DNA of 64,000 nucleotides from Tubiluchus corallicola. Lineage: Eukaryota > Animalia > Priapulida. This document shows positions 1 through 11,100 of this stretch, piece by piece. The position numbers were made by a program, and so were the translations under genes. The notes below the pieces were generated by a model. That model saw only the letters and a list, made by a program, of their open reading frames with translations, was not told the origin of the DNA and did no database searches. Numbering within the stretch: position 1 is the stretch's first letter; every line of letters starts with the position of its first letter. The stretch lies in the NCBI GenBank assembly GCA_030141605.1, contig JAQGDQ010000077.1, forward strand, positions 620,001 through 684,000, given 5' to 3'.

Positions 1-114
1 CTACTTACCTACCTACCCACATACCTACCTAGCATAAGTAGGTAGGTATGCGGGTGGGTAGTTAGATAAGTAAGCAGGTAGGTAGCCAAGTAAGTAGGTA
101 GGTTAGTCAGTAAG
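1..114. repeat. (CTAC)n / (GTAG)n degenerate tetranucleotide tracts in inverted orientation
   Basis: TACCTACCCACATACCTACCTA is followed after a short spacer by TAGGTAGGTATGCGGGTGGGTA. Confidence 0.75.
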
Positions 115-195
115 TTGTACTCCTACGAACATTTTCTGTACCACTTGTACTGCTTAACGGATTTTCCTTCCCAAGTAGTTGCTGTCTTAAGAGTA

Positions 196-420
196 CACTG
201 CCCATCTGTCCCTGGCGCTCTTTGCCCAAATGTTCATTGCCAGCTGGCCACTGCCCAAGTGTCCAGTGCCCAAATGTTCACTGCCCCCTTTCCACTGCCC
301 AAGTGTGCACACTGCCCAAATGGCCACTGAATAAGCATCCATTGTCCAACTGTCCGCTGCTCAACTTTGGACTGCCCAAATGTCGGCTGCCCAACTTAGC
401 ACTGCCCAAGTGTCCACGCC
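196..420. repeat. Degenerate ~15-bp tandem repeat array (consensus ~CACTGCCCAAATGTC)
   Basis: About 14-15 diverged units read directly. It explains the pentapeptide-repeat ORFs at 115-559. Confidence 0.85.
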
Positions 421-722
421 TAATCCAAATATCCCACAACCAAAATGGTCTAATGGTCCAAGTTAAGTCACTAGACAACTGTGTAATAAAGTGGTTAAGC
501 AGGGGTACAAATACTAATTTAAAATAATTAAAACAGCCGAAAAACACTTGGCATTTCATTACTGCATTTTTCGTAAATGATTTGTGTTACTTATTAAGCT
601 TAAAGATTTTATTACAACTAACCAATGATAATAGCTTTTATCGATGTGTTACTATAACCTATGTGATATTTTTTAAAAGTTGTGAACAGTATTTTACTTT
701 TGAAAAATTTAAAATAAAATAT

Positions 723-900
723 TAATCAAGTTAATTTGCATTGATAACTTTTGCAGTATTGCCACCACTTTTAAAAACAAAAATATAATAAAATTGCTTC
801 TCTCGCCATATCAAGCTAATCAAGTTAACTTGCATTAATAAGTTTTGCAATATTGTCACCACTTTTAATAATAAAAATGTGATAAGATTGCTCCTCTCAC
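723..900. repeat. Two diverged tandem copies of a ~94-bp unit
   Basis: TAATCAAGTTAA(T/C)TTGCATT...CACCACTTTTAA...ATTGCT..TCTC begins at 723 and again at 817. Confidence 0.8.
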
Positions 901-3018
901 TGTGTTTAGTAAATCTTCAAGATAACGATAGTTACTTAATGTTAAGTACACAATATGCAATTGTTTATAACAGCACATACCAGAGTTAAATATTTGAGAC
1001 AGACAGCCATTACGTATCGTGTAATACACATGCAGCTTTCTTTCACATTTAACGTTGCTTTCTGTCAGCGGTGGCTCTACTTTAAGGTTCGTTATAAAGC
1101 AATAGGAAGTACATGTAAATCTTTTCATTAATCATTATCTTCATGTTGAGGTCAATATAGTTTAGGCGTTGTAGCCCTTAAGCACCACTGAAAGGGCTAC
1201 TCTAGCAGGAGTTTTCAAAGTAAATTTAAGACAGTAATTAAAATCACATCTTTAAAGAATTAATGTGAAATGTAAGGAGTACCTGTAGTTTCCGTAAAAA
1301 CTGTTTATCTCCCCAAGAAAATAGGAATTAATAACCCTACTAAGAGGAAAGATGGGCGTGCTGATTTTTTTTCTGATATTGGAGAAGCCCTTAATGTTAA
1401 ATTGCGGTGAAATCAAGAAGTCTTCGTTAGCTTTACAGAAATTCTATAAAGTAGCTTAGTGGATAAGCTGCATGATTTTCTAGTAACACGGAAAACGTGT
1501 ATTTTAGTAAAAAAACATAACGATGGTAGTGTTGTCTCACAAGTACCGTACTGTCTATCAATTCAGCAATAGTGAGTGGAGTCGAAAATTAATGGGTTGG
1601 TTTGTTACATGTTAGAGTTACAGGTGACTGCATTTCATCGTGCTGCCAGTGCTAGTGGAATTAATTGATGTCACGTTGTCGTCGTCGTCATCCATATGTC
1701 GTTGTTAAGTCGTTATCGTCGTTACCGCTGCTACTGTTTTTCTTGCTTTTACGGCGACCAGTTAACTTCAGCACTGTGGTTATTCTTAATTAAACTTCGT
1801 TATAAATAGGGGATTGTCGTCGTCACAGGAAAATGTTAGAACAGTATTCTTGTGCGACTAAAATGACTATCAAGAGAAGATGACTTCACACACGCAGAAT
1901 ATCACAACTTCACATAGAATACCTAAAGTCGAGTAGTCCACTTCAAAATACAATCGTTGCTCCTGTATAACACGTATATCGTTGCAGTACGGCAAATGAA
2001 CACCGAGATAGGTCATTAGTAGTCATAGTGGAGGTCAGAGTCACTAAAAACACACAAAAAGGTCCAGAAAGGCAAATTATAAGTTACTCATTGTACTGGT
2101 AAGTCGGCAAACGTAATTGCTTTGATTAATTGATGACCTCAAAGTAAAACAGCATCAACTTCAAAATGTATTGCCTTTGTTTCTGTGAGAAATATATCTT
2201 TTTTTCAACATGCCAATAAAGCAGAACAATAAACAGTCGAGTCAGTATGGCCAGTAAAACCTTTTTCTTATCAGTTTTTAGAACTAACGGGAAAAAATGG
2301 CTACAAGCTCTCGCAAATTGTCTGTGCAGTGCACAAAGCTCAGGACTCCTATTGTTTTTTAAAGTTCTGCGATCCAACGTCTCCATACAGACTCATTACA
2401 AATTTTTTTGTTATGATCGCCGGCGTCATTAGCAGTTCTATTATTATCGCCGCCCATGTCTTCGAGTTATTTTTTCTTTTCTTTTCGTTTTTTACGTTTG
2501 CGTTTTACTTGATTTTAAAAACAAAATACCTTCAGATATTCTGTTCATTTTTATTTTTATTACGTAGGTTCAACTATTTTACCTGGAAACTTTCGTTGCC
2601 TGACATTTCATGCTACACGCAGCAAAATAGGGTGTGAGCGTGTTGATATTGAACGAGGATTTTTTCAACTCACACTGACTTTTTCACAGAATAAACAGCC
2701 GTTTTCAGGAGATGAAACGTTGAACTTTTTAGGGCACACATTGACAATTCAGTGCCCACTAGGTACTCTCGTACTAAAAATAACAGTAATGTAGAACTTT
2801 TATGATGGTATATTTTTGAAAAAGTGTAAGTACAGGATCTGAAGTTAAAGGTTTCACGTCTAGAGCCTTTTTGGGGTGTTTCTGATATATCTAATTGTAA
2901 CAAACAAATAAGTGTTATTGATACTATTTTGAAAATTTTGATCAAAGTAAAAAGTAACACAGTAAGCTTTTTTTATTGATTGATCATACTAAAGCAATTC
3001 GCGCATAATTACTTTATA

Positions 3019-3776
3019 TAGAGTGGCCCAGAAAAATGTACCGAAGTTTATACTACAATAATGTTAAAAGCAAGTGCCCTAGGGGTAAGTTGAAATTGTG
3101 CAGCATGACGACTGCGAAAGTTACAAATTTGTGGTTTTAGCGGTTTGTAAGTTATGGCTAGGAAAGTTTTGTACGCTAAAAAATTAAATGCAGGAACAAT
3201 GTCAGGGAAAACCAGCCGCGTTGACGTATAAGCACTTAATACGTGGCACTGAGCAAAACAATAAATAAATAAATCTTTTATATCACGGTCTTCACCACAA
3301 AAAGATAAAGCAGTGACAATAGTTTGTTATCAAGAAAAACGAGATTTAATCCTCTGGATTACGATACCTGGAGTTTTTTAAATGAGCATGTATGACGGCT
3401 GCACAGAGCTGTTTGATGCAGAGGAATTAAAAGCAAAAATTGTTGAGCGCTGGGGCCAAGTCACTTCTTTTAGATAAGTGAGAAACTGTGGGAACTATTG
3501 GAAGAAATTCCCAGTTTGCAGTGAAAACGGTGGACACACGGAGCACTTGGTGTAAATTTTAACAATAATGGCACAAGTTTTCCGGCATTTGTTTTTTGAT
3601 TTATTGAATCAAAACTTCTGCATCATTGGAATAACCTAAGAGAATGACGTAAAAATTTTAGGGTTTATACATAAACGTCTATAATATCAATGTGGTAATT
3701 TTCAAGCGATTCCTTTATTTTTCTTATACATGTAATATCGTGATTAAAACTCCGGCACATTTTTGCACCACCTAAT
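3019..3776 (+). mobile_element. Internally deleted, decayed Tc1/mariner-superfamily DNA transposon
   Basis: Imperfect TIRs (TAGAGTGGCCCAGAAAAATGTACCGAAGTTT and AAACTCCGGCACATTTTTGCACCACCTAA) in a TA context. A transposase C-terminal remnant at 3348-3555 reads NPLDYDTWSFLNEHV*, EELKAKIVERW, ENGGHTEHLV*. Confidence 0.8.
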
Positions 3777-5851
3777 ATATTGTTTATTACATTATTTACA
3801 GGTTCCTGTTTATTTGAATATAATAAACATCGGACAGCGGCACTGTGGCTCGCACGCGAAATTAAACGTTAAAATTTACAGTATCTAATATCTACAAGCG
3901 AAAATATGTGTCAACTGTGTCACAGATAAACTACTATTCTGTGTTTCGCTATGCCAGGGGGCGGTTACTCGTAGCAATGCACGATGGCTGAGTGTGTGCC
4001 TTCAGCGTAAATTGCTAAGCTGTACTGATTTTTGCTTCTAAACGTGCAAATTATTCATCTTCATTTCGGTTTAATAGTGGGATTATTATGAGTTTGAACA
4101 ATAGTCAAATCTTAGTCTTAGTTTAATCCCGAGTGTGGTGAAAGTTTACATCGTAGATAATAGTATCGAGTTTTCTACTGCTTGCAGGCGGTATTTTTTC
4201 AGCCTCATAAGAGTCATGATTGTGGACATAGTGACATAATAAACCGTTCTTCATTCTTCACCTAGTTTTTTACTTACGTTTCAACACTAATCGTAGCATA
4301 TTGTGTTTACATTCTGAAGCTTTTGGCACTTCTTTTCTTAGAGTGTGGAATACGGATTGACTTTCTTGTACATTATTTCACGCGTTGCTGAGTCGTTATT
4401 GTTTGTTAGAATAACTGGTTTAATTGTTTTGCAGTCCACTTTCACTGAGAGCATCTAAATTAAAAGTCGTGTTTGTGATCAGAGTTCTTTTGTTAAAAAC
4501 TTGCAGTTGAATTTGCATCATCACTACTGTCGTTAAATTTGTTTTTGATGTATTACCTTACTTTCAGTTGCGTCTAGCACAGCTCTAAAGTCTGCCATCC
4601 AGGTAACACAAATGTTTTACAGCGCTGAGTATTTCCCTTCCATGACCTCCCATTATCGGCTGGCGTCGACTAAATTGGCAGTTCAACTCATTTTTCGATC
4701 GCAAGTCTTCACTTGGTATATCACATTGTTACAGTGGTATGAAACCAATACCTAACAAGCGTATTCATCAATTGGCGATCCAGTTTTCAAATTTTCGCTC
4801 ATATCTCAGCACTTCCTAGGAACTTCACTGTTCGGGAAATTGTTTGCTGTTTCTAGGAATTGTTTGCTGTTTCAGCTTTGCAACACGGTGAACACGCATC
4901 CCCTTCGTTGGACAGGAACTAAGCAGCTATGCGTGACTTTACGTGACTGAGCGTCACGTCGTTTATTTTTAGATTTAAATGTTCGACTACCTTCACTATT
5001 CTTAATGCAGCGCATTTATAACTAGATAGGTGCCAATTTTATTTTGGCTTTGAGAAGTACGAACTTTTTAATGATCAAAGATATTCTATACTATTTAAAT
5101 GTTATATAAATTCTTTTTCCCTTCGTGTGTTAAAAGTAACCACTGTTAACTTTATACATTGTTTAACTTAAGTTCCGTTATAACTTATTTAAACACGCAG
5201 TTTTTAGACTTTTGTGATGTGTTCGACGTTAGAGCTGACTATTTTGTTATAGCATTCGGTTTGTAGCGTGTAGTTCATGACCTGCTTGTAGTATGTTAGG
5301 ATTAGCTGTGTGTTTCCATGCCTGGGCGTTCATTTCTGCTTCACGGTGCGTTTTTTTTAAATACTTGAGGGCAATATGTTAAATCTAGAAAAGCTATATC
5401 CTTCGCTAATTTGCACCGGATGTCCGCCTGATCATTTTTGGTCATCTTACAATGCCAGCCTAACGCCACAAAATGGAAGTGATAGTTGGTGCGAGTATTT
5501 CCTGACAATCCCCTGAATCTAGCATAAATGCTATATAATCTGTATTACATAACAAAATTTAAACCATCTGCGACCTGCTGAGTACAATCAAGTTCCGTGG
5601 TATAATCATTTATGTTTTCGGAGTGATTGCTTGCTGATTCAAATGAGTTTGACTCATGGATGTTTTTCGTGCTTTACGGTGATATAAACGCGTTGCCACT
5701 AGAAATACGTATAAAACAACATTCCGGTTTGTCAAAAACTTTTTACTTCTCTCCTTTTCTCTCTTTCCGTCTTTTCTGACACTACTCTTTTTTGTGGAGT
5801 TTTTTCTTTCTTTTAGTTCTTTTTTGTGTCCTACTCCCTCCCCCGCCCCCC

Positions 5852-5861
5852 CTCTCTGTCT

Positions 5862-5911
<50 letters not shown>

Positions 5912-5965
5912 TCCCTCCCCCTCTCTCTCTCTCTTTCCCTCTCTCTTTTTCTCTTTCTCACTCTC
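5852..5965. repeat. (CT)n microsatellite
   Basis: Read directly. Confidence 0.95.
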
Positions 5966-6268
5966 ACGCGTGCACTCTTTTTGCCTACCTGTTTGTTGAT
6001 CTACAGCTAATGTTTACATTTATCTACACAGCACCTTATGACGTTTACAGATATCGAGCACTAATTCTTGCTATTTGAACCTTGTTCCGCCATTCTTGTG
6101 TATCGTGTCAGGCGTATAAGAACAGTTTTGTGTACAAATAAATTTAAATACGTTTAAAAAATGTGAAGTGAGAAAGTATGACACATAAAACTTTGAAGGA
6201 CTGGTGTGATCAAATAGAAGGACTTCTCGTAGAATATGACAACAAAATGAATATGTACCACTGCCGAC

Positions 6269-6422
6269 ATGATAGCTGAACTCGAGGATTATGCAGCTAG
6301 TGTTGTAGATGTGAATGTATTTCCTCATAGGAGTCGCTCTTTGTCTTCACTTGAGCTGGGTATTGCCAGCATAAAAAATGCCGATAGAGAAATTCTGTCT
6401 CAGTACAGCGCAGATTCAACTG
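6269..6422 (+). CDS. Candidate alternative first coding exon of the ClC gene (MIAELEDYAASVVDVNVFPHRSRSLSSLELGIASIKNADREILSQYSADST-G); gives a ~803 aa isoform
   Basis: ATG at 6269 with an in-frame stop upstream (TGA 6248-6250). The frame is open to a consensus donor CTG|GTAAGT after 6422. It is phase 1, matching the phase-1 acceptor at 8901 (G|GT ACG TAT). Confidence 0.65.
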
Positions 6423-8118
6423 GTAAGTTTTGTGTTGAAGTAGGGTGAAATTTTTGTTATATATTTGCCCAAATGTAACTTGAACATGTATGCCAAACAA
6501 ACTAAAATAAAGTTAGAACTTAGAATGTTGTGTTCCCAAAACTCTATGAAGTTTAGTTTAGATAGTAGGTCAAATTCAAAGGAAATTTGTCAGTTGGTCA
6601 TGGGTATTTTTATAATGTAACAAGCAACTTTAGCATATATTGTTGTTCTCTATGTCTTTGTTTTCTAAACTTTCACTTGTTTGCTGAACAGTGTTTAACA
6701 TGAACAGTTTTGTTTAGCGAGAAGCGAAGTCCAGGTTAAAGGAAAAATATTGCCTCTATGTTGAATTTTCGATCCAATTCCAATGCACTTACAGCGCTTT
6801 CATTCCAGATTCATTTTAAGTTGCAGTTGGAATTATCAGATTCAAATTGGGATCTTATTAAAGTTATTGTAAGAGCATAAAATTGAGTCCGAACATTATT
6901 GACAATTGGCGCATAGCACAAGAAAATCTCAAGTTGAGTCTGAACATTATTGTCATTTAGTGCATCGTATATGGCTTCATAAGGAATATTTCAGAAATTT
7001 TACCAGTGACCTTTGAGGAGGATGGTGCTAGACAGCACGACATCGTTTGATGTAGCCCAGGCAATTCCAGTTTCATTATTTTATTTAGCATATTTCATTT
7101 TTGCAGTTAACTGTTAGGGAAGATTTATACTTGGATAATTGTTATTTAGTTGTAAAACATTTTTTGGGCGCGTTACCAGCTTAATTAATTCATTTCCAAG
7201 GATTGGCGAGCCTTTTAAAACTACCGAACTGCTTTCTTTTGAAGTGTTTTCCTTTCTAATCAGTCGTGCATCGTAAGTGACAAAAAATTATAGGTGTACA
7301 CTGTATATGCTATATTGCTGTCCATATATGAAGTTAACTGCAATGCTAAGAACTTAAAGACCATTGTCCCTGTAAATAATCTACACCTAGAAAAACATTC
7401 TGATCGATCCTGAAAGTTATACGCACAAGCAGTTAACATTTAGGAACATTAATGCCATAATAGCTTCCTCGTTTTAGTGTGCGCAACGGTTTTCCTTTAA
7501 AATCTGGTTTTTCCATTCATTTTTACACAGTCCATTGCCTGTGTTTACTCCCCGTTATTCCAGAAGCTTTTATTCCACACACAAGACACTTCAAACAGCC
7601 AAATGAGGTTGTGTTATTTCTACAATCATTGCCTGCATAATTATTTTCGCTTAATTGCTTCGCTGACCAATCGGGCTGTTATTTTGACATAGCTAGTTTA
7701 AATAGACACTGACCCGATAGACGTTTTCATTGTAGGCTTGTAGCCGTCTTGTCTTGTGTGGTGTTGCTGTTACAGCACTAGCTGGTGGTAAAGCAACAGC
7801 GAAGAATAAGCTGTGGAATGAGTGACCCTAGTTTCTTATACATTTGGCAGTGAATAACTGTAACAGTTTCTTTGAGAAAAGTAGCCTTCTTTACTATTGA
7901 AGTAACATCTCTCTTTCAAAATCTGTACAGTGTGACACTTTTGCAGTGGTAAACGTCAGGATAATGTGTATAACGTATTATATAGTTGAACTTCAGCGGT
8001 GTGGCTTCTACATCTTATTATTTTTCATAAAAGCTCTTCCACGGATATTTGTGCTTTTTTAGAAACAGGAGTAAGAGGTGTTTTCCGATTTTCTCGATTT
8101 TCATTATAGAACTTAACA

Positions 8119-11100
8119 ATGTCAAATGAGGTGAAGATAGATGTAACAAGTGATCAGTCAGACACTCAGGATGACGGAGATCTGGCTCCTTTAGGAATGA
8201 GTCCAAGGTCTTGCCGAAATAGAAGCAGACATTTTTCTCAAGATAAAAGTCTTGACATTCCCATCATTCAGTTCACACCCGCGGCTGCTCAAGATACCTC
8301 TGTACCATTGATGGGTAATGGCCATGTACCTTCATCAAGCAATACTCTTGGAGTTTCCAGAAGAAGACGGACAACATCACTTTTGGTGTTTAACACAGCT
8401 TCTCATTCCACCGACACAAGTCTGGCCCTACCGTGTTTGACAAAAGGGCGCCAGAGCAAAGCACTAAAACGCAGCGCCACAGCACCTGGTGAACTACTCA
8501 CTGATAAGAAAATACTTGGCTTTGTCAACAATAATATCCTAAATGCAGTTATACCAAATGTTTATGGAACATTTTACGATGGTATTGATGATGAATTTTC
8601 ATAGATATTTATTTTTTTGCAGATATAGGTGTGATCAAATATATGCATGGCAGCTGCCGTCGCGCTGCAACCCAACTATCCCACAAAGCCCAACTTGTAT
8701 TGATTTGAGCTAATATGATTTAAATAAGCTATTAACACTTTTTCTGTTGAACATTTATGAAGTTGTGTTTTACCAGGTTGCTAAATTGCTGTATTCCATT
8801 ACCAAAAATTCTTTTAAAAAATTCTGCAGAATTTCATGCATCACTCAATCAACTTGATGACTGTATACTATTTGACTGTTTATATGTCAAATTTTTTTAG
8901 GTACGTATAATGTGTTAGATCCTTTAGAACAAGACTTGCCACCTGGTTTGGGGCAGTATGAGGATTTCCATACAATAGACTGGTTGCGAGACATAGCCCG
9001 AGACAGACTAAGACATCGGCATATAGTGAAGAAAAAAACTGTTTCTTGTTGGGAATTGACCAAAGGTTTACACGATGCCTGGTCCGGTTGGATGTGTGTA
9101 CTTCTTGTAGGGTTATTAGCTGGTATGTGTTAGCAGTTATCCGCAAAATTTTTGTTAGTTTTTCTTGTTGCTGTTGATCATACTTTTTATTTCTGTTCTT
9201 AACATGAGTTATTTAATGGAATTAATCCACAGTTTTCCAGAGTTTTTAAAACTGAACATGGCTCTCTTTTACACATGCTTACTAGTAAAATTTACATGTT
9301 TTTCAGTTTTTTTCTCAAAATTTCATACCTTGAAAAAAGATATTCCTATACAACTATTATTGTAAAACTGTCTGCCCATAAAGCTGATGTTTTTGATATT
9401 TCATTATACTACAGTTGTACATTTTGAAAGTGAATGTAGCATACCTGTTAGACATGTGATGCTTTGGAGATACATTTGGGCTACAACTATAACATAATTT
9501 ATTTCTTTTTTCACTGAAAAGTATTTAAATTTGCCATTATGCATATACACACTTCCATCATTTGCAGATCTACAAAATTTACCAAAACTCTTCTTTATGA
9601 ACATTATTGTAGTTTTTCAGTGTTTAGTCACAGATGCAGAGGTGCTTTGTTGCAGAGTGGGCCAAGAATATTCTTGATTAGAAAATAGATTATGAAATTA
9701 TAAACACTGTTATGACTGTACTACAGGGTATAACAAAACTGATGTAGTAATCTATTAGATTTGCAGACACATTTATGTTTTGATTATTTCCAAATAAGCA
9801 TATTGATTTTTTCAAATGGGTATCACATTATCTGTTACTTAACGTAGAATTTGACGTAAAAAATCTTTCAAATTGAAAATGTGACGAGGAAAATTAGAAG
9901 ATGCTAAATTAAGCGTTTTTGCAACCATGAATTTGTCCTTGTGTTGAAATCAAAGATTTCTGAAAACATTTAGCTCTGCTCCAATTTAGGTAGAGCTGCT
10001 TAATGGTAGTCTTTCATGTTGATGTATATCAGCATTTTTTAATTTTGCATAGTGTGAATATCTGCTTTCTCTGTACTGTGTATGGTTGTCCAAGTTTATC
10101 ACTGACACTTTTCTTCAAAATTCCTCAAGTCTCAGTGCAAAACCAGTAACTGTGAGAGGTACTATAGTGGATTTCATTTCAAGCTCATCTCGTTTACTTT
10201 CCTGTCTTCATCTTGATTACTTTAGTGCTTTTCTTTCAGGTTTAACAGCTGGTGTTGTAGACATTGGGGCTAGTTGGATGAGCGATATCAAAAATGGCAT
10301 ATGTCCAGGACAGTTCTGGTTTGGAAGAGAGCAATGTTGCTGGGACTCTAATGATACTGATTTTGATGAGCGACACTGTTCGGAGGTATTTTTAATGATA
10401 CAACAGAACTTGAACTACAATAAGTTATTTCCCAACTAAGTACCATTTTTAGATTGAAACCTATACAACCCATTACATAATAAACTTTATTTTAGAATTA
10501 CTTGTGTCAGTTTCTTTCCTTCACGCATTAACCAAATTGAACACATTACTCAGTGGTATGCATGGTATTGTTCCTTTTTTAGGTTTTTGCTGTTCAGTTT
10601 GTTGATGACAACAACACTAGCAAAGTTCAAGCTGTTTAAATGATTTTTTAGCTGATCTGTAGTTCACTTATCTTTGCTTAAGTGTTCACTCATGCCACTT
10701 AAGTGCTTTTCGTTATTTCACTTCATGAATATTATATAGTTTTTTTAACATTTTATTGCAAGCACTAAGCAGCACTAAGCATTGTGTTACAGGCATTGCC
10801 ATGTTGGACTTTCAAATAAGGAAAGTGGTGGTGTCATCTGAAAACTTCAATGCATTATTTATTGACACATGTAATTTTCTCCTGATGTGTAAGTGTTTAT
10901 AAGGGTCTTATGAGTTAGGGCTTAATTTTGCTCTTTTGAAATGAATTGCTTCAAATTCTGTTTGTTTTGTATGGAATCCTTTGAATACATGAGTCATGCA
11001 ATATAATACTTCTGTGCTATCACATCTACAATATCTTAAGACCTATAACTTCATTATATTTTTTGTGTATTTTTAGTGGTATACGTGGCCAAATGTGTTT

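Noticed and set aside
115-559. Cys/Pro/His-rich ORFs (71, 101, 93 aa)
   Set aside because: They are translations of the 15-bp tandem repeat, with no splice or homology support.
196-900. CRISPR-like array
   Set aside because: The repeats are contiguous with no unique spacers, and the context is eukaryotic.
1970-2104. Open frame ending at a strong donor CTG|GTAAGT (2099), a possible further ClC first exon
   Set aside because: The phase-1 frame has a stop at 2080-2082 and the open phase-2 frame has no ATG; at most a non-coding exon.
5782-6078. ER/SL-repeat ORFs (also 48660-49020)
   Set aside because: Artefacts of (CT)n microsatellites.
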